Assembly: GCA_008690995.1 (NCBI GenBank)
Contig: VRMN01000008.1
Span: 744,001 to 808,000 of the forward strand
Reading direction: 5' to 3'
Length of the DNA: 64,000 nucleotides
From: Porphyridium purpureum
Lineage: Eukaryota
Shown: piece after piece, positions 51,431-61,329 of the stretch
Layout: the number at the start of each line of letters is the position of its first letter
Position numbering within the stretch: position 1 is the first letter of the stretch
Translations under genes and position numbers: made by a program
The notes under the pieces: model-generated
The model's input: only the letters and a program-made list of their open reading frames with translations
What the model was told of the DNA's origin: nothing
Databases searched by the model: none

Positions 51431-54364
51431 ATGTGGAGCTCGAGACTTGCGCGGAGTGGCGGCTTGCGCACAGGCACGCGTGCGTTGGCGAGCCACAGCG
51501 CCTCTACGTACCAGAAGTGGGCTCGCCGCGACTGCGCATCCAGTGTTACAGCGGGTTTACATCTGCATGGGGCGCCGAGGCATGTACCGCATGCGCAAGA
51601 AGAGTATGACCACCAGCAACACAGCGGGTTTGTGGCATCGACTGGTAAGCGCACGCACGCTGCGATACCATGTGAGTGGAGTCGGATGCTGGAGGAGCTT
51701 CAGCAAGAGAACCAAGCTCTCGATATAGAACCTGATAGACCACAGCGACACAAGAAAAGCGTGCGAAATGGACAAGAGAAAAAGCTGGGCAAGGGCGCTG
51801 TGCTCGAATGGGTGCGGCGCGTTGAAATCGTGTTGCATACAACAGAGCAACCGCAGAGCGCTGAGAAAAGTGAGCGCATGTTTGCGCTTCTCCATGAGCT
51901 GCAGAACCGCAGCAAACCGACAACTTGGCGGGCGTGGCGCAAGCTCGCAAACGCGCTGCGGTCCACCGTCGGGGACGCGCAGCTTGCTGCAATCGCCGTG
52001 CAAAATGATCAGAGTGGTATGACGATCCGCAAGGTGATTACTGAGCTCAAGCTTGAGCTGCTGCGTCACACCAGCGAGTCTGTGGGAGTTGCTGACGGAG
52101 CAGCGCCAGGAAGCAAGTCGGGCATGTACCTGAAGGCTCACCGGCCTGGCGTCCAGGCGACCAGCTCGGCACCACATCAAATATCCAGGGACGGCGATCT
52201 ACAGGACAACGGAGACATATCCAAGGCCCGCGTTATGGCGCTCGTAGAGCTTTTTCATCAGAAGCGTATGTCAATGCGGCATCTGCCTGAAGGAGCGCGG
52301 CGCCGTAAATGGCTCGACATGTTTTTTCGAATCAACACGATGCTTCCTCGTGTGCTGCTCGTACAAACCAGCGACTCCTTCTCTACACATGAGGCACTGG
52401 TGCTTGTTCGTGCATTCCAAACAAACATGATTAGCATGCATCCCGGCGTGATGGCACATCTCGCCAAGGTCCTCACAAAGAGTGCCCCGCTTTTGCAGAC
52501 GCTCGATATGCAGGCGGTCAGCGTATATTTTGCAGAGAACAAGCTGTCCCCTTTCCACAACTTTTGGTCCGCACTGCGCATGAATCTGGATAGCGATAAT
52601 CAATGGAATGCGCTCGACTTTAGCGGCACTGTCCAGTACTTGTTCGCCTTTGCAAAAGCCGGCGTTCAATTGTCTCCAGCAACCATAGGACGGGCGCGCA
52701 ACAGTATCGAGGCCAAAATAGCCACGTGCCAGCCGTGCAAACCTCGCGACTTGGCTACCAAGGTTTACGAGGTGTTTGGTGAAGACGCGGCAATATGGGA
52801 ACCACTCGAACGGAAATTTGCAGCTGCTTGTGGCTCGCCTTTGCTCACCCTCGACAACCTGTATTTCTTTCTCCGCGCTGCTGCGCTTGCTGACCGCTTG
52901 AGTTGCATGGAGAAGGACGTGGCCAGCGCAATCCAGCAGCGTCTCACGGAGCTGTTGCTGGCTGCTTCTTCCAGTTCACCCTCCTACATCGCAGCTGACA
53001 AGGACCATGTTCAAAAGGCGAGTTTGGAACGCGTCGCCCGCGTGCATGGGATTCTTCACGACTGGCTTGGCGCAGCCGAAGAGAATCAAAGCATGCGGGC
53101 AAAGCTTCTGCGCGCATGGCGCCGAGCACTCGTTCGCTCACTACCCGCAACCCCATGCACCTTTGGCGGACGCGGCTGCTTTAGCTGCAACGAAGAAAGC
53201 AACGACGACACATTAGACTGGCTTGCACCTGTTCTGGGGAAGAACATGTTAAGAACCACGGGTCTCACAAAGCACGGAAGTGATAAGGATGTACTACACG
53301 CTTTGCTGGATGATCTTGTGCAAGAGGACGAGGAGCGACGACGAGGGGCGTTTCGCTTCGGATCGACGCTTGGGCTTGAGCCGGCCGAGGCGGCGAAGCA
53401 TCAAACCGCGGACGATGCGAACTTGATCCGGCAGCTTGCATGGATTGCGCGACTCAGTCAGTATGTGCGTGAACCCCGCATTGGCCAAGGCGTGCGCGAG
53501 CGCGCGCGCTCATTCTTGCTCGCGATTGAGCTGCCGCAGCGCTTCGGCAGCATTGATGGTGATCATCGGAAGATGGACTCGGACACTGCATTCAATGTGA
53601 TGACGCTGATTCATGTGTTCGAGCTGCGTGACGACCTCTGCGAGAAAAGCAAAGTTCGCGCGTGGGTACGCGCCGCGTTGCCTTCGCGTGCCAGTATCAA
53701 GATTCCATCTCTGGGCATGCAGACCTTGTGCGAATTTATGGTGACAGTGGCCCATTTGGATACCAGGTCCGACAGCCTCAATGAAATTGGCACACAATTA
53801 TGGAAGGAGTTCGAAGCGCGCGTGGACGAGCTTCTGCACGCAATGAAGCGCGACCCGTGCGCGCTCGAAATGGATAGAGAGCGTGTGCGTGCCGACTGTG
53901 CAATCATCGCAAGCGTGTACGCTCAGCTTCGCAGCAAGCAGCCAGCCCTGGATCCCGAGCGCGCGCTACGCTTTCGGCGCCTGCACGAGCGTCTATTCAG
54001 CGGTGAGCGGCCTCTTTTTCAACTAGACGATGCTGGACGCGCCGAGTCACCCTCGCGAAAAGGTCTCGTGCTCACCTTTTTGCGATCCCACTCGAGCGCC
54101 TCGCAAGAGCAGTTCAGCTTCTTCGTTGACTTTCTGGCGCGCAACGACGCCTTAGAACTGGTGTTGCAAGAAGAAGCGGCTCTCCCCCAGGTAGAGCGGC
54201 ACTTCAGTGAGACATTTGCAGACATGTGCACTCGGCATATGTCCGCGCTCACCCCTGTGCAAGTGATGGCATGTCTGAATATCCTTTCGGGGTTGGAGTA
54301 TGAAGCACGGTCAGATATTGTTCACGACTGTGTAGCGTTGCTGACGATTCGAGCGGCAGAATAG
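51431..54364 (+). CDS. Organelle-targeted alpha-helical protein of unknown function
   Basis: 977-aa ORF, Arg/Ser-rich presequence, helical-repeat-like segments. Confidence 0.7.
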   Translation: MWSSRLARSGGLRTGTRALASHSASTYQKWARRDCASSVTAGLHLHGAPRHVPHAQEEYDHQQHSGFVASTGKRTHAAIPCEWSRMLEELQQENQALDIEPDRPQRHKKSVRNGQEKKLGKGAVLEWVRRVEIVLHTTEQPQSAEKSERMFALLHELQNRSKPTTWRAWRKLANALRSTVGDAQLAAIAVQNDQSGMTIRKVITELKLELLRHTSESVGVADGAAPGSKSGMYLKAHRPGVQATSSAPHQISRDGDLQDNGDISKARVMALVELFHQKRMSMRHLPEGARRRKWLDMFFRINTMLPRVLLVQTSDSFSTHEALVLVRAFQTNMISMHPGVMAHLAKVLTKSAPLLQTLDMQAVSVYFAENKLSPFHNFWSALRMNLDSDNQWNALDFSGTVQYLFAFAKAGVQLSPATIGRARNSIEAKIATCQPCKPRDLATKVYEVFGEDAAIWEPLERKFAAACGSPLLTLDNLYFFLRAAALADRLSCMEKDVASAIQQRLTELLLAASSSSPSYIAADKDHVQKASLERVARVHGILHDWLGAAEENQSMRAKLLRAWRRALVRSLPATPCTFGGRGCFSCNEESNDDTLDWLAPVLGKNMLRTTGLTKHGSDKDVLHALLDDLVQEDEERRRGAFRFGSTLGLEPAEAAKHQTADDANLIRQLAWIARLSQYVREPRIGQGVRERARSFLLAIELPQRFGSIDGDHRKMDSDTAFNVMTLIHVFELRDDLCEKSKVRAWVRAALPSRASIKIPSLGMQTLCEFMVTVAHLDTRSDSLNEIGTQLWKEFEARVDELLHAMKRDPCALEMDRERVRADCAIIASVYAQLRSKQPALDPERALRFRRLHERLFSGERPLFQLDDAGRAESPSRKGLVLTFLRSHSSASQEQFSFFVDFLARNDALELVLQEEAALPQVERHFSETFADMCTRHMSALTPVQVMACLNILSGLEYEARSDIVHDCVALLTIRAAE

Positions 54365-54638
54365 AGAAGGTCTTTTGACTGATCACGAGAAATCCCATTC
54401 CAAGGACTTTAATCTTTTCGAGCACATAACAATCTCAACTTCCAGACGGCTGTTTTCGTGACCTTGGCATGTGCAACTCATAGTAGGGTCAAAAACCGAC
54501 GAAGAAAAATATTGCCTCGAGCGCTTGCAGGCATTTCCAGATTAAAATTGCAGGATCCCTTCCCCGCACGCACGGGTAATTTGCTGCGAATGACATTTGC
54601 CACGCAATGTTTCAATAGTTTCCAGAGTTCTACGACGC

Positions 54639-55385
54639 CTAGCGCTGGGTCCAGGCCAGGTCAGCAAGCACAGTAAGCACCACATGAAGCAACATGTCTG
54701 AGTGTTTGGCGACGTGCAACACCATCTTGTGCTCCTCGCTGGAATTCTGCCACTCCCAATAGGACAAGAGACTGTCTGGACGGTCCGGACGGGATGTCTG
54801 GAATCGAGCCCTACGCGATTTGATCTCATCGAGATTGAGCAGTGGGATAGAGTCTTTATGCGCCTCGCCACACGGGTTGGGCTCGTCGCCAGCGCGGACA
54901 GGCTCGTACGCGCGCATTTTGGCCGCGAAGCGACACAGCGAGTACTCCACTTTGAACCACTTGTAGAGGGCTGAGGACGTGTCGTCTTTCTTTTGCACGG
55001 CATCAGGATCGGGCTCTTGCCCTTTGAACTTGGGCCCATTTGTGCCGAAGATTTTCCACGAAGACGTGCAGAGTAACTTGCCAGGAATAACGCGCGCACA
55101 GAGCCTGCCATGAGAGTCGAAGACTTCGAACACGTTCCAGTTCCAATCGATTTTTCTCACCGTGTACAGTGGGCTGCCACTCTGTTGCGCTGCGTCTGCC
55201 GCCGAGCCGGGCGGCATGAGAAACACATCATAATCTCGATTCGCGAGCTTGCTTTTCTTCACCAGCGTGAGCCTGGTATACTGTGACGTGGGCGGCGCGC
55301 CATCCAGCGTTTGCTCTGCGCTCTCGAGACCGCCATCGGCGGCCTCCCAGTTCACCTGCTCGAACTTTGACTCAACGCCTCCCAT
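54639..55385 (-). CDS. Tubby C-terminal/LURP-one-like beta-barrel protein
   Basis: Beta-strand pattern ending VAKHSDMLLHVVLTVLAD; MG start at 55385. Confidence 0.55.
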   Translation of the reverse strand: MGGVESKFEQVNWEAADGGLESAEQTLDGAPPTSQYTRLTLVKKSKLANRDYDVFLMPPGSAADAAQQSGSPLYTVRKIDWNWNVFEVFDSHGRLCARVIPGKLLCTSSWKIFGTNGPKFKGQEPDPDAVQKKDDTSSALYKWFKVEYSLCRFAAKMRAYEPVRAGDEPNPCGEAHKDSIPLLNLDEIKSRRARFQTSRPDRPDSLLSYWEWQNSSEEHKMVLHVAKHSDMLLHVVLTVLADLAWTQR

Positions 55386-55953
55386 CTTACCATGCACAAA
55401 CGACACGATCGCCCTTGGAATGCAGTGCTGCTTTCCGTCGCTTCACTATCTCGCTCCATCACGATCACGCACATCCACCATCTCCACCGGCATCTTTATA
55501 GCCTGTCCGCACCTGCGACAGACATCAAGGACCGCTTGTTGGAGTGTTGGCTTCGCGACGTCACAAAGGAGATTTTTAGTCTTGGTGCAAGACTGGGTCA
55601 ATCGTGACACTGACACAAGAGAAAGAGCACGCATTTGACCGCGCGCGCGGGCGTAAAAGAAGCATCGCCTGGTCCCGCATGCCTAGCGTGCTGGAAGGGA
55701 GAAAGAAAAAAGAAGAGAAGATAAAAAAAAAGAAGAAAAAGCTGAGAAAAACAAAAGAAAAACCGAGAAGAACAAATAGAAGCTTTGAGATTTTGACGTG
55801 CACACATCGCGATCCGTGTGAGTCAGGAGACGTCCCGGCATCAGAGCTCCAGCTCGATCCGCCGGACGTTTGAGCGATAGTTTTCGTACAGCACCAACCA
55901 TGCCACAAGCTGACACGCGAGTCTTTTCACACACGTCCAGTACCCGTACATAG

Positions 55954-56367
55954 CCGGTTCGGACAGTCCATAACCGGGGAAATCTTAATACTCGCTAATA
56001 CCCCTTAATACGCGCTTAATACTCGATTTAATACGCAAAGAGGCCGAAAATGAAGCTGACGTGGACTTTTGGGAGTATTAAGCGAGTATTAGTGGTAATT
56101 TGTGAATGAATGCATTTAAATGTCATCCTCAAAGACGCCATAGAGCTGTACACAGCGAAGTACAGTAGTAATAGACATTCCAATGTAATGTGCATTGTCA
56201 CTGAACCAAGAACGTTTGGAATGCTGCATTGCTTTGCAATGCATTACAGGTAATGCTTATTGCTCTGTAATTAGTATTCCGCCACACTTTGACACTGTAC
56301 TTTGTGAATACGCATGCATTTGTAATGTGCATTGCCAAATGCGCATTGTTTTGTAATGCGGCATGCG
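55954..56367. repeat. Subterminal repeat array of the transposon
   Basis: Hairpin CCGGTT-c-GGAC-a-GTCC-at-AACCGG (55954-55977). TAATAC at 55986, 55996, 56006, 56017 and 56029, inverted GTATTA at 56075 and 56086. TGTAATGTGCATTG at 56184 and 56321 plus degenerate AATG..CATT copies. Confidence 0.85.
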
Positions 56368-56677
56368 TGTCCGGTTTGCGCGGTGCGCAATCGGTTCAAT
56401 CGTTCGCTAGTGGCGCCGCTCGGCCAAAGTTCAAACCCCCTTCATTGAGCGAGTTTTGTGGGGTCTGCGCTGATGGTCCTTGGTGGCGTGCCGCCTTTGC
56501 CAAAATTTGTCAAAGTTTCGAAGAGGTATACCTTCGGGAGTTGCCTGACGGGTGTGTCGCGACGAGACAAAAAAGGGCGGGTCGTGTTCGGGTATCCGTA
56601 TACGCGCTAGTGGGGCGTGCGATTCCGTGAAGTGGTGGCGGCGTTGAAACGTCAAGCGCGGCTACCGCGTTGTCCGT

Positions 56678-59600
56678 ATGGTTCAGAAAAGGCGACGAGT
56701 GTCGCGATTCGCGTGTCCGCGATGTGCGCGTCGTATTGTCACGTCCGCGCAGTCTGTCGATCGTGCTCGGAATGGCCATCTGGCCCACTGTCGCGGGCGC
56801 CCAAATGTGCGTGTGTGCCCAACACTGCAGCTGCCGCCTCTCGATATCGATTTTATTGGCAGTGGTTCGGACACGCCTGAGTATGGGGGTGACACTGTCT
56901 TGGACGACGTAGGTCCGGTCGATGCATATGCAGGAGACTCGGACATGAGCGACGGTGGCAGGGGTCACTTGATCCTTGAGCACATGCTGTCCGGGCTCCC
57001 AGAGCAGGACAGTGGCCTTTTCCCATATGAGTCCACAGGGCCATACCGTCAAGGCGGCCAAAATGTTGGCATGAACAGTGACACGGATATCCGGGCAAGC
57101 GTCGTTGACCATGCAGCTGCCATCGCGGACTTTGTTCAGACATTGGTTGCCTCTCTCGACTCGCTGGTGCAATTGTACAGGCCAAGCGACCGAAGATCTC
57201 TGTTGATATCAGCACGAGTGCATACGATTATCAGCGATATCGGAATGTCAGACAGGCACCGGAAGGCCTTAGTTAAGGCGTTGCGGGATGTGAGAGGCAA
57301 GCAGCCGGATGGAAACCTCAGTAACCATATGGAAGACTCGGACGCGAGCGAGGACAGTTGTGAGCGTGTACTTGAGAAGGGTCCGATATCAGAATCTGTA
57401 CTGCGGTTATTTGATCCTAACTTTGTCGAGCGCATCGCGCGGGACTGGAAAATTCCGACCCTGCCTGTGCTGTCGGCGCAAGTATATTTTGGGAAAGGTC
57501 TGCATCGCACTGTGCCGGCGTCTGGTTTTCATTGCAATATTGTGTACCGAGACGTCATGTCTGTGATCGCGCGGCGCACACTAGCAATATTGAGTTTGTT
57601 TGGGCCTGATGCGTTCCGCGTTCGTCTTGAAGAATCCGGCCCTGAATCGTATGAGACTGCGCAGCAGGCAAGGTACAACAGACGTGTCCACGATATCGTG
57701 CAGCGTGTCATGGGTCTGCCTAACCAAAGCCGTGACGGTCCTGAATGGGAAGTCTTAGTCATTCCGGTCAAGATTCTGAGTGACGAAGCGCATATGCGGA
57801 TGAACGGTTTGCATCGTCGCACACCAATCAGTGTGAGCGTTGTGCATCGCGCGCGCTTTGTGCACGACCATTCGTATCCAGATGTTGTGGCCTTCATGCC
57901 TCACCTGTCATGTGACGAGCTCGAGACACAGGCGCGGGTCCATCAGCGCGGGCAAGCGACGGATGGGGATGATATCATCGAAGTCCAAGAGTCGCGAGAG
58001 CTCGGGTCACCGACGTCCAGGCGACGAATCGTTCCGGTAGGACTTGAAGGTGATATTGACTGCTGTCTGCACCATTCTGTGCTCCATTTCTTGTTCAGAT
58101 ATCTGCTGACCGAAGGGTGGATGGGGGGACGTCCATTCTCGTTTCCTGTGCAGCTTGGTGCCAAGCGATATCGCTGCGTGCCGTACGTATACAAGCTTGG
58201 CATGGACATGCCGATGATGGCAAAGGTCTCATATGTGAAAAACTCGCGACCCATGCAGCAGGACTTCCCCTGCCAGCAGTGCCTGGCGCCAGGAAGGGAT
58301 CTGAAATATTTCCTGTCCGACCCCAGTGTCCAGTACAGAGTTGAGAAGCACGCAGTGGCTGAAGCCCTGACCGGGACCGGACCACATGGTCGAACGCATA
58401 ATGTCCGCCGTCTGGGAGAGCCAGTGTTCGCTGGCTTGGACATGTATGATGAGCGCGGAATATTCCTATTGGCAGGAGCAGACGCCTTGCACGCGTTCAA
58501 GAAATTCTGGATGCGCGACTTTCTCACCATGGGCATGGATCTGATTGCAGACTGGGATCGTCGCAAACTCCCGTCGGCGTCGTCTGTGCCGTCTGGCGGA
58601 TATTTCAAGGACCCCGACGTAGCCAAGCGCATGCGAAATATTTCGAATACTGCGACTGGGCGGAAGCTTCGAGATGCGGCCCATCTGCTCGATGTCGACT
58701 TGCGCACACGCGGACAAAGTGTGCATGTTCCTTTTCGGCGAGCCAGGAACGTATTCGATGAGATGTCTCAGTTCGTGGAGAACAAATATTCGCTCGGAAT
58801 TTTCCTTCGTTTCATGGTCATACTCACTTGCGACGACAGTGACGCAATATTGGACCAGCGGTCTAAGGCCAAATGGGTTCGTGTTGCAGTCTTGGTCATC
58901 ACCGTCTACTGCCATCTGTATGCGCGGAAGCCGACCGAAGAGGATATCCAACACGTCCGACTGTGCACTGCAGACCTTCTTGAAGAGCTCGCCGAGCTTC
59001 GCAACATTGCCAGTGAGAATGTCATCAGCTTTGCGCCGAAAATCCACCTCCTAACACACTTCGCCGATACCGTGAGTGAGTTGGGGCGCGTGCGCCTATG
59101 GGACACAGTGGACGGAGAAAGCGTGATGAAATATATCAAGCGCAAATATTTGCGTGTGGGGAATCGCGCAACCGATCGTTGGGAATATTCCATGCTCAGA
59201 CGGATGGAAATGGACGATAGGCTCCACTTTATGAACACGACTTTGGAAGGCTCATTACATATGACGCTTCCGAGCGTTGGTGCGTCGCTAGCGGATACCG
59301 GGCCGAGTCCTACGTCTCCGTCTTGCTCCCTATTCGGGTATCGTGGACAGTATACATCGTATCTGAGATATCTCGGGATGGAACAAAATATCCTCGGAGT
59401 GTTTGCGTCGCTTCCCGACTACGGCGTTCCGCCACGATATCATGATGGAGAAACGCTTGGACGGCACATTCGCGATTGTCTGCTGCGCTTCGTTCGCGAC
59501 AATATTGTTCTTCCCTTGCAAGGACGGGGTATATCGATGCAAAACATTAGCATTGACATTCGGCACACGCTGCGCACGCTGTACTGGGGCGGTCGCAAGG

Positions 59601-60043
59601 AAACATATGAGTGTCGTAGAAAAAGCGATGGTGGGAAGCGCTACGATATTGTTGCAGTAACACCAGAATCTGGTTGTCCCCGTCCCTGTATTGGCGAGAT
59701 GCTACTGTTCTTGAAGATATCGTACACAACGTGTCCGGTCAATGTGCAGGCAGCAGAGTATCCAAACGCGCGAATGACGGTCGAGCACAATCCAACAGAG
59801 TGGAATGTCGCTGTGATATCACCGTGGAACTTGTGTGCGTTGGATAGCTGCTACTGCAATATTGCCTCACCGGTGTTGCATCATTTGGTTGCGGATGATA
59901 CCCTCGATAATCTGCTCTGCATCCGTGCCGAGCATATCCTCACAAAAGTTTGCGCACTCTTGGATGTGAATACACACGCCCACGACCGCAAATATTTCTG
60001 CCTTGATCCGTGTCGTCTCTTGCGAGTAGAAACATATGTGTAG
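56678..60043 (+). CDS. Plavaka/CACTA-superfamily DDE transposase with N-terminal C2HC zinc finger
   Basis: CPRC..HLAHC; IPVKILSDEAH, LHH.VL, MDMP, CQQC, DALH, PKIH..HF..LG...DT..GES, in the order typical of Plavaka transposases. Confidence 0.85.
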   Translation: MVQKRRRVSRFACPRCARRIVTSAQSVDRARNGHLAHCRGRPNVRVCPTLQLPPLDIDFIGSGSDTPEYGGDTVLDDVGPVDAYAGDSDMSDGGRGHLILEHMLSGLPEQDSGLFPYESTGPYRQGGQNVGMNSDTDIRASVVDHAAAIADFVQTLVASLDSLVQLYRPSDRRSLLISARVHTIISDIGMSDRHRKALVKALRDVRGKQPDGNLSNHMEDSDASEDSCERVLEKGPISESVLRLFDPNFVERIARDWKIPTLPVLSAQVYFGKGLHRTVPASGFHCNIVYRDVMSVIARRTLAILSLFGPDAFRVRLEESGPESYETAQQARYNRRVHDIVQRVMGLPNQSRDGPEWEVLVIPVKILSDEAHMRMNGLHRRTPISVSVVHRARFVHDHSYPDVVAFMPHLSCDELETQARVHQRGQATDGDDIIEVQESRELGSPTSRRRIVPVGLEGDIDCCLHHSVLHFLFRYLLTEGWMGGRPFSFPVQLGAKRYRCVPYVYKLGMDMPMMAKVSYVKNSRPMQQDFPCQQCLAPGRDLKYFLSDPSVQYRVEKHAVAEALTGTGPHGRTHNVRRLGEPVFAGLDMYDERGIFLLAGADALHAFKKFWMRDFLTMGMDLIADWDRRKLPSASSVPSGGYFKDPDVAKRMRNISNTATGRKLRDAAHLLDVDLRTRGQSVHVPFRRARNVFDEMSQFVENKYSLGIFLRFMVILTCDDSDAILDQRSKAKWVRVAVLVITVYCHLYARKPTEEDIQHVRLCTADLLEELAELRNIASENVISFAPKIHLLTHFADTVSELGRVRLWDTVDGESVMKYIKRKYLRVGNRATDRWEYSMLRRMEMDDRLHFMNTTLEGSLHMTLPSVGASLADTGPSPTSPSCSLFGYRGQYTSYLRYLGMEQNILGVFASLPDYGVPPRYHDGETLGRHIRDCLLRFVRDNIVLPLQGRGISMQNISIDIRHTLRTLYWGGRKETYECRRKSDGGKRYDIVAVTPESGCPRPCIGEMLLFLKISYTTCPVNVQAAEYPNARMTVEHNPTEWNVAVISPWNLCALDSCYCNIASPVLHHLVADDTLDNLLCIRAEHILTKVCALLDVNTHAHDRKYFCLDPCRLLRVETYV

Positions 60044-60305
60044 AGGAAAGCATGTCGATGAATTTTGCCCCCTTCGCTCACTTTGAAGACCAACAATGCG
60101 ATCCCTTCCGTGGCTCGTCCCGCTCTGCCTCGGTGTCTCCAGCCCACCCATGAGCGCGCGGCTCCACGGGTTTGCCTTTGCACATGCAGGGCCTCGAAGG
60201 CGTCCGGTAAATTGTTTACGCCGGGCGTAACGAAGCGATACAAAGTCACACCGTTCCCCAATACTACTTCGAGCTCCCAGCGAAGGAGAGGGAGGTGGAT
60301 TATGG

Positions 60306-61271
60306 ATGAAAACGCCAGTCCTTATGGAGACAGCAAGCGAACCGATGAGAAAAACGAATAACGCGCGGGGTTCAAAGCGCAAGCGTACCGGCGTCGAACC
60401 AGGTGCGGAGCCAGTGGGTCCACGCGCGGTGCCATCCCATTTGGCTCGCGCAGCCCAGATGCAACGTGAACATGATAGTGCAAAGTCAATTGACATTGCG
60501 GATATCCGGCACTTGCACGACTTGGGTCGTGCGAGCGATGGTATGGCGGTCAGTGACGACGACGGTCTTGTCCATCGACTGCTCCGCGTACTGATGTTCG
60601 CCACTGACGTAATAGAAGACCGTGCCCGGATCAAGGAGCTTGAGATGAGGGTAGCAGCATTGTCCCGGAAGGTCACAATATTGGAGACTCGGATACACGG
60701 GAGCGTCGCCGTTGACTCGCTGGATGTCAGCGATATTGAGACACCAAAGTCGGTAATTGGTGACGTGAGCCTTGCACATTTCACGAGAGCCGCCCCGATA
60801 TCGGACGCAGTAGCCGGGAATATCCGCGACATTTACACTCGTAGATGCGGCATCGCAAAAACATGGCTGCGTTCCATAGCCCCGCATGACAGACCTTACC
60901 CATATGAACTGGTTCTGGCAAGATACGCCGGATGGCCATGGTGGCCGGCCGTGGTGGTTCTCAGTATTGACGGACTTGGCCCTGAAGTTCTTATGAAAGG
61001 GTGCGTGCGAGATACCTCTGAAGAAGGCCGCAAGAAAGCCGACGAAGATGTGATGACATTGAGGAAGGGCTGCATCGTTGTCCGTTTCCTTGGGAAAAGC
61101 GCCGCATCTTTTGGGTGGGTCCTCATGGAGCACACACATATGAAGCACGATTTTACCCTTGTGGATGGTACGCCGAAAGGGCGCACAAAGCCATCGAAAG
61201 AGTTGGCGTCGGCGTATGCCATGGCGAAACAGTATGCTGATATCAGACTCAACGGCGCAAAGACGCGTTGA
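60306..61271 (+). CDS. Transposon cargo: coiled-coil + PWWP domain protein
   Basis: KRKR NLS, coiled coil RIKELEMRVAALSRKVTILE, LVLARYAGWPWWPAVV..IVVRFLG..FGWV, final helix ELASAYAMA. Confidence 0.85.
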   Translation: MKTPVLMETASEPMRKTNNARGSKRKRTGVEPGAEPVGPRAVPSHLARAAQMQREHDSAKSIDIADIRHLHDLGRASDGMAVSDDDGLVHRLLRVLMFATDVIEDRARIKELEMRVAALSRKVTILETRIHGSVAVDSLDVSDIETPKSVIGDVSLAHFTRAAPISDAVAGNIRDIYTRRCGIAKTWLRSIAPHDRPYPYELVLARYAGWPWWPAVVVLSIDGLGPEVLMKGCVRDTSEEGRKKADEDVMTLRKGCIVVRFLGKSAASFGWVLMEHTHMKHDFTLVDGTPKGRTKPSKELASAYAMAKQYADIRLNGAKTR

Positions 61272-61329
61272 TGACTTTTTGTCTGCCCAAGGCGAGCAAT
61301 AAACTCCATTTATAAGCAGTACACTATGT

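Noticed and set aside
55986..56367. Possible CRISPR or telomeric repeat at the element end
   Set aside because: Motifs are 6-14 bp, degenerate and in both orientations, which fits transposon subterminal repeats.
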